A stretch of DNA of 62,000 bases, taken from the NCBI RefSeq assembly GCF_000400465.1, contig NW_008806277.1:206001-268000 (forward strand), given 5' to 3'. Below are positions 10,670-21,576 of the stretch, piece by piece (position 1 is the first letter of the stretch; every line of letters starts with the position of its first letter). The notes under the pieces are model-generated. The model was not told where the DNA came from. It did not search any database and worked only from the letters and a program-made list of their open reading frames with translations. The position numbers and the translations under genes are program-made. This DNA comes from Wallemia ichthyophaga EXF-994 (Eukaryota; Fungi; Basidiomycota).

Positions 10670-11040
10670 TTATATTACAAAAAGTAAGCAAGGATAACAT
10701 GCTTAAAACTAAGCGCATTAACGATGTAAAAGCACGGTGGACGACATCCTACTTGCTCTGAGGCTGTTGGGACGCCATACGCGCTCTATCTCCATATCGC
10801 CCTTCCACCAGACTAAACTGCTAAATAGAAACTGCAACTTTCATTTACAATTTAATTTGATTTATTTACATATTCGCTATACTAAACATTCTCTTAATCC
10901 ATCAGCCTGACACTTACAAGACTAGCTAAAATCTTCAGTGTTCAATGGAGAAGAATTGTTAGAGTGTACTATGGGCAATCAAAATCGAAATTAAAGGATT
11001 TAGTAGTGAACGGTATAACTTAAGAAGTCATATGGCTATA
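10670..11040 (+). repeat. Left copy of an older, degenerate outer inverted repeat
   Basis: 10730-10784 matches the reverse complement of 17510-17564 at 40/55. 10793-10820 matches 17461-17488 at 25/28. A collinear exact 10-mer sits at 11017 vs 17258. Confidence 0.75.
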
Positions 11041-11408
11041 CACATGCTGGATAATCTCTAAACGATGCAAATGAAATCTGAAATGCAGGCGGAAGAGCAA
11101 ACACTGAAATTGTTTTTGATCAAAAGTCTCGGATCACCATACATAAATCAGTGAATAAATGAAAACTTTCGATAATGCGTGAAATACGTAAGTATGATAT
11201 TAAATAACGCCAATGCTAAGGTTCGTTTGTGTACTTTGCAATCTAAAACAAGGGAAACATCATTTACAAATCAGAAGTACGATAGATATAAAATAAGATA
11301 GTATAATTAGGTAGAGTTAAAATGTAAACGGCCGAAACCAAAAGTAAGTCAAGCCTGTTGATTTCTAGGAAATAGAAAGTCGTCATACACTAGCCAGAAT
11401 CGTAATAG

Positions 11409-13011
11409 CACCGCTATGAATATCACAAAATGAGTACAAAAGGTTAGGTCACTATAAAAGGCAAATGAAAAGTGACCTGACTCGACATCTATGTGGCCCT
11501 TTCGTCTTGTATAAAGTCGAAAATCGCATTACACTGATTAAGAGTGTAATTATCAAACTTTTCAGTAATTTGGAATGTAATATTTCAGGATAGATAAGGC
11601 CCGAATGGGAAATAATCTGATTCAACATGAGTATTAACCAGGCCCTAACAAAACTCGCAGATCCTTATGAAATTGTATGTGATGAGATTAATTTGATATT
11701 TGTCTTGTTTTGAGTTGAGCGTGTTTATTTGGCTTGTGCATAGATAGATTAGCCAGATTGAAGGGCCAAATTGTAGAAAAGAGCCAAATAACAAGCCGTT
11801 AAGGTATCTGACACAGCTACTGCTGGATCTATTGATCCTTAGCTCGTCGCTAGTTTATAATCACCACCGAATTAATGATCGAAAGAGGAAGCTAAGTGTA
11901 ACACAGGTTTAAAAGTAGTTTACTCTCAACAGAAGAGATCGGTTTGTATTTGAAAGACTATCACTGCGATTGAAACATACGGGGAATTGTCTTTTCTGGG
12001 CGAGATGCTTCCTCATCACAGTTATAAGAATTACTTAATGATAAACAGATGAACAAAATGTACTCTTGCCATATGTAACCACAAACGTATGCAAATATAC
12101 ACATTAGAGATCAAGTCGTTACGTAGAACCTTTGAGGGCGAGTCACGATTGAATTTCAGGTCCAATTATAGAGAATATCAAAAGAAACTGACTATAATAT
12201 TTTAAAACTGACTTATTCATTGTTCAATTTGGGAGATGCACACTAGTAGACTTTAAGGGTGCAACATTGGAAAACGTTGGGGTTGCTCAACATAACATTT
12301 CTAATTTGGCTAACCGCTAGATAAAAAGCTAGACCAACCCAATAGCAATTACAAAGTGTAGCCCACCGAGTTTTAATTCAGAAAAGCTCATGATTAAATA
12401 CAAATTCTGATAGTATCATACATCGTTTCAAAGTAAAAACGGTTGGAAGGCTAGCTTACGGTACAATTACAGCTGAAGATAAAATGATTACATCTAATAA
12501 AACTACAGATCGCAAATCACCTGAGACCAACAAAATACAGAAACATTAAGCAATAGTACTTGTAGCGTGATTAGTAAAACCGTAAACGTTCATGCTTCAG
12601 CCCACTACAGGTAATCACTAAAAAGGTGGCCTTCAACGAAATGAGACACGAAAGTAAGAAATATAAAGTTTTCAAAACCATTGTAAGTTTCCAAATAAAG
12701 TGAAGGTCGTATTCAAAGCTACATTATTAATGATCAAACGATCACTATACCGAGATGAGCAGGTGTGAAAACTCTCATTTTCTGAATGAGACATAATTAC
12801 GAAATAAACTGCTATAACTTCCATCAAACAACTTCATGTTGGAAAGAAAAGCTACGCGAAAGCAGCATTATTTGCCAGACGTTCCCTATGGGATTTTAAG
12901 AACGTTAGTGTTGAGCTAAGACTTCATTCGAAAGATAGTGTTAAGAACCATTCGTTGATGTGAATCTTTTGCACATAAACTGTACATTTTAGGACCATTA
13001 TCGCAAGTCAT
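11409..13011 (+). repeat. Left arm of a 1603-bp inverted repeat
   Basis: Reverse complement of 14091-15693. Manual comparison found no indels and 5 mismatches (11539, 12897, 12900, 12992, 13008). Confidence 0.97.
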
Positions 13012-14090
13012 CATAGAGATCCAGTTATCTTTAGATTCTTTGCATAATGTCATTTCGAAACTAAATCAGACGCGAGATAGATAATTTTCGGCTCGTTATA
13101 TGTCATTGTCATAACGGCACAAGACTTTTTTCACATTACCTTTCTATATCTATATAAGATATTCAGAATAGAAAAAGTTAAAAGTTGAAATGTCAAGTAA
13201 TATAAGACAATTAAGTTTAACAGCTACTCCTAAAGTACGCGATTTAAATTCTAGTAACAACTTTCATCTCCCCTTGATTAACGACATTTGGATTGAGGCA
13301 TGGTTGAAGTAACACTTACAATGTCGAGATAATGAATTAAAAATTCAAAGTTGAGTTTATCGATTAACTCAGAATTGCATCATTTCAAGAATTTTTAAAA
13401 GAGATATGCACCTTTTTTTTTTCAACTTATAGACTTACAAATCAATAATCTTCAAACACACATATTAGAAGGAGGCAGGATCTAGCTATATACTTACCAT
13501 ATAATCGTTACTGGATGCCCTCAGCCTTTGAGAGAAACAAACAAAATCATTTATTTTTTGGGCTTGAGTGATCAATTGTTTTTAACTTTATTGACATTAA
13601 TAGCCTGAATTTATCACAGGAAGTTGTTTCCTCTTCCTTTTGTTGTAAAAGAAAGACCAGGTTATTTTAAACGCAAACAGGTTTTTGTCGAAAATGTTCC
13701 CTATTTTTGAAAACACAGGCTTATTTAAGCATTTGATTGAGAATTTCTTTCAATCATCCTTCGATCAATAACTCAATTTAAAGCAGATCAACGCCAAATC
13801 CCCACTCACTAACAATCTGACTGTTAGCATTGAATTGTGAAATTTTGATGTCAGAACAGATTTCTGTTACAAATGAAGTACAGATCACCATTTCACATTT
13901 AAATTCTAGCAAAAGCACGAAATTAATAACGAAGTTAGGTCCAAAGCAGTGCAAATCATTTACATTTATCAGATGATGTAAATGTGATTGAAATATATAT
14001 TTTTTTGCTAATGTCTTCCTCACATCACATTAGCACTATTCGTGCCGATGGAAAAAAATAACGGAGTCCAATGATTCGTGGAGATTCAAA
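13012..14090. other. Unique AT-rich central core between the inverted arms
   Basis: 1079 bp with 340 G+C by hand count (~31.5% GC); arms are roughly 36% by sampling. No credible gene. Confidence 0.85.
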
Positions 14091-15693
14091 ATGGCTTGCG
14101 ATAATGGTCGTAAAATGTACAGTTTATGTGCAAAAGATTCACATCAACGAATGGTTCTTAACACTATCTTTCGAATGAAGTCTTAGCTCAACACTAACGT
14201 TGTTGAAATCCCATAGGGAACGTCTGGCAAATAATGCTGCTTTCGCGTAGCTTTTCTTTCCAACATGAAGTTGTTTGATGGAAGTTATAGCAGTTTATTT
14301 CGTAATTATGTCTCATTCAGAAAATGAGAGTTTTCACACCTGCTCATCTCGGTATAGTGATCGTTTGATCATTAATAATGTAGCTTTGAATACGACCTTC
14401 ACTTTATTTGGAAACTTACAATGGTTTTGAAAACTTTATATTTCTTACTTTCGTGTCTCATTTCGTTGAAGGCCACCTTTTTAGTGATTACCTGTAGTGG
14501 GCTGAAGCATGAACGTTTACGGTTTTACTAATCACGCTACAAGTACTATTGCTTAATGTTTCTGTATTTTGTTGGTCTCAGGTGATTTGCGATCTGTAGT
14601 TTTATTAGATGTAATCATTTTATCTTCAGCTGTAATTGTACCGTAAGCTAGCCTTCCAACCGTTTTTACTTTGAAACGATGTATGATACTATCAGAATTT
14701 GTATTTAATCATGAGCTTTTCTGAATTAAAACTCGGTGGGCTACACTTTGTAATTGCTATTGGGTTGGTCTAGCTTTTTATCTAGCGGTTAGCCAAATTA
14801 GAAATGTTATGTTGAGCAACCCCAACGTTTTCCAATGTTGCACCCTTAAAGTCTACTAGTGTGCATCTCCCAAATTGAACAATGAATAAGTCAGTTTTAA
14901 AATATTATAGTCAGTTTCTTTTGATATTCTCTATAATTGGACCTGAAATTCAATCGTGACTCGCCCTCAAAGGTTCTACGTAACGACTTGATCTCTAATG
15001 TGTATATTTGCATACGTTTGTGGTTACATATGGCAAGAGTACATTTTGTTCATCTGTTTATCATTAAGTAATTCTTATAACTGTGATGAGGAAGCATCTC
15101 GCCCAGAAAAGACAATTCCCCGTATGTTTCAATCGCAGTGATAGTCTTTCAAATACAAACCGATCTCTTCTGTTGAGAGTAAACTACTTTTAAACCTGTG
15201 TTACACTTAGCTTCCTCTTTCGATCATTAATTCGGTGGTGATTATAAACTAGCGACGAGCTAAGGATCAATAGATCCAGCAGTAGCTGTGTCAGATACCT
15301 TAACGGCTTGTTATTTGGCTCTTTTCTACAATTTGGCCCTTCAATCTGGCTAATCTATCTATGCACAAGCCAAATAAACACGCTCAACTCAAAACAAGAC
15401 AAATATCAAATTAATCTCATCACATACAATTTCATAAGGATCTGCGAGTTTTGTTAGGGCCTGGTTAATACTCATGTTGAATCAGATTATTTCCCATTCG
15501 GGCCTTATCTATCCTGAAATATTACATTCCAAATTACTGAAAAGTTTGATAATTACACTCTTTATCAGTGTAATGCGATTTTCGACTTTATACAAGACGA
15601 AAGGGCCACATAGATGTCGAGTCAGGTCACTTTTCATTTGCCTTTTATAGTGACCTAACCTTTTGTACTCATTTTGTGATATTCATAGCGGTG
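14091..15693 (-). repeat. Right arm of the 1603-bp inverted repeat
   Basis: See left arm. Paired coordinates sum to 27102 throughout. Confidence 0.97.
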
Positions 15694-17234
15694 TAATTTT
15701 CCTACTGATGAATGCTTAATGTGACTTTAGTTCACACAAAGACCTCTTGTTACACTCTTCCTGTTGCTAAAATCTTAACTAACTCTTTCTTCAGACATGA
15801 AACATTAATGCCATCATGCATTAGGGGGTTCCTTACCTGAGAGATTTCTGTAACTCTTTAGTAGGGCTATCACTCCCTGAACCCCAATCGCGTTCGAAGT
15901 TGTAGAAGTAAGTTCGTACTTTTCGATCTTTTCTTTGTACGTGTTGTTTGGTACCAGTTCTTGGTATGATTACGATACGTGTACAAAAGTTATGAATTTC
16001 AAAATGTCATTTTCGTACGCCGTAAAATATATCGAAGGTATTCGACCTGACAAAATATAAAGTGGATACCGATTGATAGTTTCATTTAAATGAATTTTTA
16101 TTCGATAATAATTATAATTCTCATTGTATTCCAGGGAGCACAGCACGATATAGTACCCGTACTTTTCGTACAGTGAGATCGAAATGCGTACAAAGTTAAC
16201 GTCTACGGTATGAGTACAAAATTAAATAATCTGTATGAGTGCAACATTACAGAATGTTTATTAATTTGTACAATTCAATTAAAGCCAATGATGAGCTGCA
16301 CCAGAGTCGAACTTGCTTCACGTACGAAATTACGTTTAGTGATAGCACTACTGTTCAGTAGCACTGTATTGCAGTTCCCTAAACTCTTTGAAAATGCTTG
16401 TAAGGATTCTAAACGTAGTCTGTGTATCAATAAGAAGCTTCGATGTTTGAAGTCAATGCCTCGTCGAGATTACTTAGGGTGTAAAACTGCAGATTGCTGC
16501 GCCAAATAATTTACGTATTGGACTTAAAGTTCTAAGTTATTGATCTTCGTAATGTAATCTAATGCCTTGTCCCTTTCCTACTACCTATGAAGAGCAAAAC
16601 CCGGGTTTCACGTACAAATTTCGCTGTCAAGCCTGTGCTTTTTAAGTTACTGTGTTAACTGAGCTGTTCAACGAAGGTTAATGTATCTGCTGATTCGTCA
16701 GCTATAAGCTTGTATGCATGCGTAGCTTGTTCGCGCAAGTGGCGTCTTTTTTTTCTCTTGTTCCGATTTGTTTAAGCGTTCTTTGCGAGTGATATCACTA
16801 GGCGTGTCTGGAACTTTCTGCGTAATTTCGCCCAACAGTCTAATCCATGTAATCGAAACAAGTCTCAGATTTCTATTCGTATCGGGTTTCTTGCACGATT
16901 ATCCTCTGTTTATGAGAATAAAACATCAGGCCCAAAGCCATTCTCTTCTTCCCACTTTTCAGTTTACCTTAGCCTACAATTTTTAGTACTTTTTAACAAG
17001 TGCATGTCTGTAAGGTTCTAGGAAAGTCTTGACATGTTTTCAAGTTAACTCTCTTTTCTGTGCATGACTTGGTCTGGACATATTTTAGTAGCACGCTGCT
17101 GCTTTGGATGCTTTGAAGGTCTTACGTTAGTACCTATAGCTAGATATAGTATTACATTGATGGGTGGTGGGGACACATTTTAATGCAATGATTATTTCCT
17201 ACACCATGCTTTCTTCAGACATAGCACCCACTAC

Positions 17235-17620
17235 TATAATTCATGTAATTCTTAAGTTTTTGTTGGTATCACTTAATGTTTTGATTCCATTACACAGAAA
17301 CGATTTAACAAATTGTCTAAGTTCCATATTGCTGTGTTGAGGAATTGCTTGTACAGCGATAAAACAGATAGAACAAATTTAATAAGTGAGATTAATCTGA
17401 AGTATGTCATGAGGAAAGGCGTGTTTGTACAGTAAATGTGAATTGTAGAACTCCATGCTTCAGTTTAGACTGGTGGAAGGGTAATATGAAGAAAGTTAGA
17501 CGTGAGGTGGCGCATGTGGAGTGCCAAAAGCCTAGCAGCAAGAGGAATACCATCCATCGTGCTTCTTTTTGTTACCGCGTCTTATAATATATTTTTGACT
17601 CTTGCTTAGTTTGTATAAAA
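17235..17620 (-). repeat. Right copy of the degenerate outer inverted repeat
   Basis: Same alignment blocks as for 10670-11040. Confidence 0.75.
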
Positions 17621-18132
17621 TACATCTCAACAATTTGCAGAATGTGTCGGGCCCAGCGGTGTTCCCTTCCGGTCGGTTTTCAGTACACCCTGACCTAATG
17701 CACGCATCTCAAAATGTGGTCTTTTGCTGATTCCTGATTTCAGAGAATGCAACAGGCGCAATCGGCTCTCACTTTTGGTCACGTTCTAGTTTTTCTAAGT
17801 ACCGGTTTCATGAATATCATGATAGATTACCTTTAGCGCAATCTTGGACGGCACAAACAAGCCTAAATGAGATAACTACCTTGATGACAACATAATGCAG
17901 AGAAAGATATGTTCAATATCAGTACTCTCATATTAATTCGCAACCTTTATGCTTGTCGTATCGAGACTGTTGAGCAATTGAATAGGCTTGAATTGAGATT
18001 TTATCTTATTTTATAAATTCGTTAGTAATTATGCGATGGGTGGGTGGGTGTAGCGATCAATACCAGCTGCGGACGGTCGTATAGTCTAGAAATTTTTTAG
18101 GATGAGACAATGAATCATATCTCGATAACTAT

Positions 18133-19235
18133 CTATTTAAAATAATCCGGTAATATGTAGGACAGTTTCTCTTTCGACTCCTTCGTGAATTTGTCTTTGG
18201 ATGTAACAATGCTAAATTGCATGGAGCCATTCTGGGAAGGAATCTTGTTGGCTGATATTGCATCATGAACATGTTGCAAAACATTTTGGGCCACGAATTT
18301 TGAGTTTTCAGCGTTAGTGGTTAAAGTTTTGATCACTTCAGCGACTGTTACAGGCTCTTCATTCATTCTCCATGCATCATAGTCTGTTGATGTGCAGATG
18401 AGCGAGTACCCTAATTCTGCCTCTTTAGCCAATTTGGCTTCAGGAATAACGGACATATTAATAATATCAGCTCCTAATTGTCTGTACATCCTAGATTCGG
18501 CACGAGTAGAGAACTGAGGACCCTCCATACAAACTAGTGTAGAGTCGCGATCACCATGGTTAGTATGCAGATTCAAACCTGATGGTAAAACTTGCTTGAC
18601 AAGTGGGGCAATAAAAGACGATAGCTCAGTAGTAAAGGGTTCACCAAACATAGCATGGGCAACTACTCCCTGATTCAATCCAAAGTAAGTATGCTGTCTA
18701 ATGGACTTTGTGCGATCGATGACCTGGTTCGGAATAATGAAGTCACCTGGCTTGATCTCCTCTCTGAGAGAACCCACAGCAGAAAAGGCAACAATGGCCT
18801 TAACGCCTACGTGTTTCAAAGCAGCAATGTTAGCTTGACCATTAACTTCAGATGGAGTAATGGAGTGATTGATGCCATGCCTAGCGATGAAAGCAATCTG
18901 AGCTCCTGACGGAAGAGCAAGAATCATTACATTTGAGCTTGGTCTACCCCAAGGCTAGGAGAGAAATAAGAAGGCTGGAGAAAGGAGAAGAAGAGACTAA
19001 CTGTTTGAACACCGACATCCTTGACATGCTTCAAACTGTCAAGCTTGTAGAATCCGCTGTAATCTTGGTTAGAAAATTATGGAGTATAACGGGACAAACC
19101 TTCCACCTGTAAGAGAAATGCTTGAGTACAGGCAGAAACATAAGCAGAAGTAGGGAATTACCAATAACACCAATTAAAGGATCTAAAATATGTAAGCTTA
19201 GCTTAGTTTCCAAACACCGCCAACTCACTCGTCAT
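18133..19235 (-). CDS. MEU1: S-methyl-5'-thioadenosine phosphorylase (MTAP)
   Basis: Spliced MTNPLIGVIGGSGFY...TPWGRPSS...ARHG...[17 protein letters not shown]...STDYDAWR. Confidence 0.95.
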
Positions 19236-19262
19236 CGTCGTTTTGATACGGTCACGCTCAGG

Positions 19263-20670
19263 ATGGATAAGAAAATAGATATTTCAACAGATAGCAAAAA
19301 TCAGAGTAAACTTTCGTCTGCAGGTGAGCAGCACCACAATAAACAATTTATAGCGACTAACTTATCTAAGGTCTATCCGTTGTAAGCTATTGTCTTGCGT
19401 CGATAGCGATGACAGTAAGTAGAGGTGTACCTCAATCACGGCCTTGTTGAAGCACATTGATATTAGGTAATAAACAGTAAGCTGGTTATCCTGTGTCTTC
19501 CTAACTGACCTTGGATAGAATATATTGTGTCTGGCAGAGGCTTTGACATGAATTTATTGTTATTAGCTATACAGTCTATAGTTTCGATATCATTAGTGTC
19601 TGGTTTGAAGTCGTTGAATGTCATCAACTTCCGAAACTTCAATTGGTCAGATACCAAGTCCTGGTTTCCAGTTAGCTTTCTTTTAGCTGTCGTCATTTAC
19701 ACCGGCTCCAAGTCACTGCAGCATCTTCAAATACCAGTTTATACCATTTTCAAGAACCTAACAATCATCCTCATTGCATACGGTGAAACTTTGTGGTTTG
19801 GCGGTTCGATCTCGAAGCTAACCTTCTTTTCATTTCTTTTGATGGTCCTATCTTCTCTGGTAGCTGCATCGGATGATATTGTCAGCGCCTTTTCACATGT
19901 CGAGTCACCTGGTTCGGCCAATGGATACTGCTGGATGCTTACAAATTGTCTCTCTAGCGCTGCATATGTGAGCATCCAGATTTCAACTCTGTATCAGCTG
20001 ACGGATGCCTTAAGGTCCTCTTGATGAGGAAGAGAATAAAAGTTACCGCTTTCAAAGATTGGGATTCAATGGCGTGGGTTTGAATGGAAACTGATTCATT
20101 GTTGCTAATAGTTTTAAGATACAATAACGCTCTCTCAGTTCCTTTGCTCGTATTTGCGTCGCTGGTCAAAGAAGACTGGTCGTTAGAGTCGCTAGAGAAA
20201 AATTTCCCACCTTCAAACAGACACTTATTGTTGTCGACGATAGTATTTTCTGGAGCAGCAGCAGTTAGTTAAGACTACGATCTACTTGAAGCGAGCTAAA
20301 AATATCTACAGGTAGGGATTAGTTATACAACAGCTTGGTGCGTGCGTACAACGTCCTCAACAACTTACTCGTTCGTGAAGCTTTTGACGTTTAACTTTTC
20401 TGATAAGTTGTATAGCATGGTAGGAGCATTGAACAAATTGCCAGTCGCGGCATCTGGGTTGATATTCTTGTGTGTTTTACGTTTTACAAGAAGGATAATA
20501 AGCTAACATAAACATTCAGTAACGATCCAGCTACACCGAAGTCCATATCAGCCATAGCGATTGGATTCGTTGCCGGGGTAATGTATACAATAGCGAAGCA
20601 AAATCAAACGAGGATAGGAGCGCAAAAGCAAAACAGTTATATACCTCTAACGAGCAATAACAACAAATAA
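19263..20670 (+). CDS. VRG4: Golgi GDP-mannose transporter
   Basis: [46 protein letters not shown] and the diagnostic MVGALNKLP motif; multi-exon. Confidence 0.93.
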
Positions 20671-20796
20671 ATTGAAATAGCATCGATAAATTTTTTTTAA
20701 TGCACTTGAATAATTTCGCGGATTGAAGGCTGCCATTACAAAACCAAATAAAGTGAGTAGAGAGGATTGAAGAGTAATCATCTGACGAAAGTAAGG

Positions 20797-21394
20797 ATGT
20801 CAATTGAGGAAATCCAAGAAAACGTAGAGAACCTTAACTTCAGCGAACCAGGTCCTTCAAACGCAGCTACACAGAGTCGTGCAGAGAAGAAGGCCAGACA
20901 AGCGCTTCAAGGTCATGGATTGAAAAAGGTCCCAGGTGTCACCAGAGTCGTTCTCAGACGCTCACGTAATGTCATGCTCGTAGCATCGAACCCAGAAGTG
21001 CACACGGCACCAGGCTCAGGTATCCACATAGTGAGTTGCTGTCAAAATGAAGTAAAAAAAGATTACTGACGAGGATTAGGTCTTTGGTGAATTTAAGGTG
21101 GAAGACCCAAGCCAATTACAAGCCGCACAAGGAGAAGCTCCAGAAGGCCAAGACAAGTCAGAATCAAAGAAGCCAGAAGAGATCATGTCAGAAATGGACA
21201 CCCAAGCGGCAAACATTTCTGAAGCAAAGGGCAAAGACGTTGAAGACGAAGGAGAAGTAGATGAAACTGGCGTCGACGCTAAAGATATCGAGCTCGTTAC
21301 TGCACAAGTAGGCTGCACACGCGCTAAAGCAGTAAAGTCGCTCAAGGAGAAGAATGGGGATTTGATTAACGCCATAATGGCAGCCTCCGACTAA
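20797..21394 (+). CDS. EGD2: Nascent polypeptide-associated complex alpha subunit (NAC + UBA)
   Basis: [12 protein letters not shown]...[15 protein letters not shown]...VFGEFKVED and C-terminal [39 protein letters not shown]. Confidence 0.85.
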
Positions 21395-21576
21395 GGACAA
21401 AATTTTGACAGTACATATCGAAAAACAATGTTTATTTAGAAATAAATGAATTTAAAATAAAAAGAAGAGAGTGTGAATATTTGAATAGATATGCATTCCA
21501 AACTAAATAATTCAACATTCATAACTCCGTACTGACATGAGGCGGTCAGTGCTTGACGTTCTTGGACCAAATCATC

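Larger units (their letters stand above)
9576..18132. other. ~8.5 kb gene-free AT-rich region; candidate regional centromere
   Basis: No recognisable intact gene, in a window where spacers are usually tens to hundreds of bp. Contains a long inverted repeat around an AT-rich core. The centromere call is inference. Confidence 0.6.

Noticed and set aside
10731-10790. Frame STVDDILLALRLLGRH resembling a histone-fold (H4/CENP-T) C-terminus
   Set aside because: Too short, preceded by a stop, and alternative frames of the same DNA are equally suggestive.
13190-13312. 40-codon ORF in the core (MSSNIRQLSL…WIEAWLK) as a pheromone precursor
   Set aside because: No C-terminal CaaX motif and no other support; this length is expected by chance.
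13778-14023. 81-aa ORF in the core, and the 99-aa ORF at 16210-16509
   Set aside because: The first has a non-ATG start. Both have atypical composition and no recognisable motif.
11446-14034. Short dyads in the arms and core (AGGTCACT-N17-AGTGACCT at 11446, ATTACACT-N7-AGTGTAAT at 11528, 9-bp stem at 13957-13984, 8-bp stem at 14007-14034, near-palindrome at 13353-13370) as recombinase or kinetochore sites
   Set aside because: A rough estimate gives around one 8-bp stem per 1-2 kb by chance in DNA this AT-rich, so enrichment is not demonstrated. Worth revisiting only if the same dyads recur at other chromosomes' IRs.
11409-15693. The IR module as a recently inserted cut-and-paste or foldback transposon
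   Set aside because: Flanks (…cgtaatag | taattttc…) show no target-site duplication, no transposase is enclosed, and the termini match no TIR consensus I recognise. Not fully excluded without a genome-wide copy search.
11409-15693. Flip-flop mating-type locus of the Komagataella/Ogataea kind
   Set aside because: No homeodomain, HMG, pheromone or receptor gene lies in or near the invertible segment.
11409-15693. Palindromic assembly or read-chimera artefact
   Set aside because: The arms differ at 5 positions, enclose a unique 1.1-kb spacer, and lead into different unique flanks. An independent older IR also surrounds them. Long-read confirmation is still desirable.
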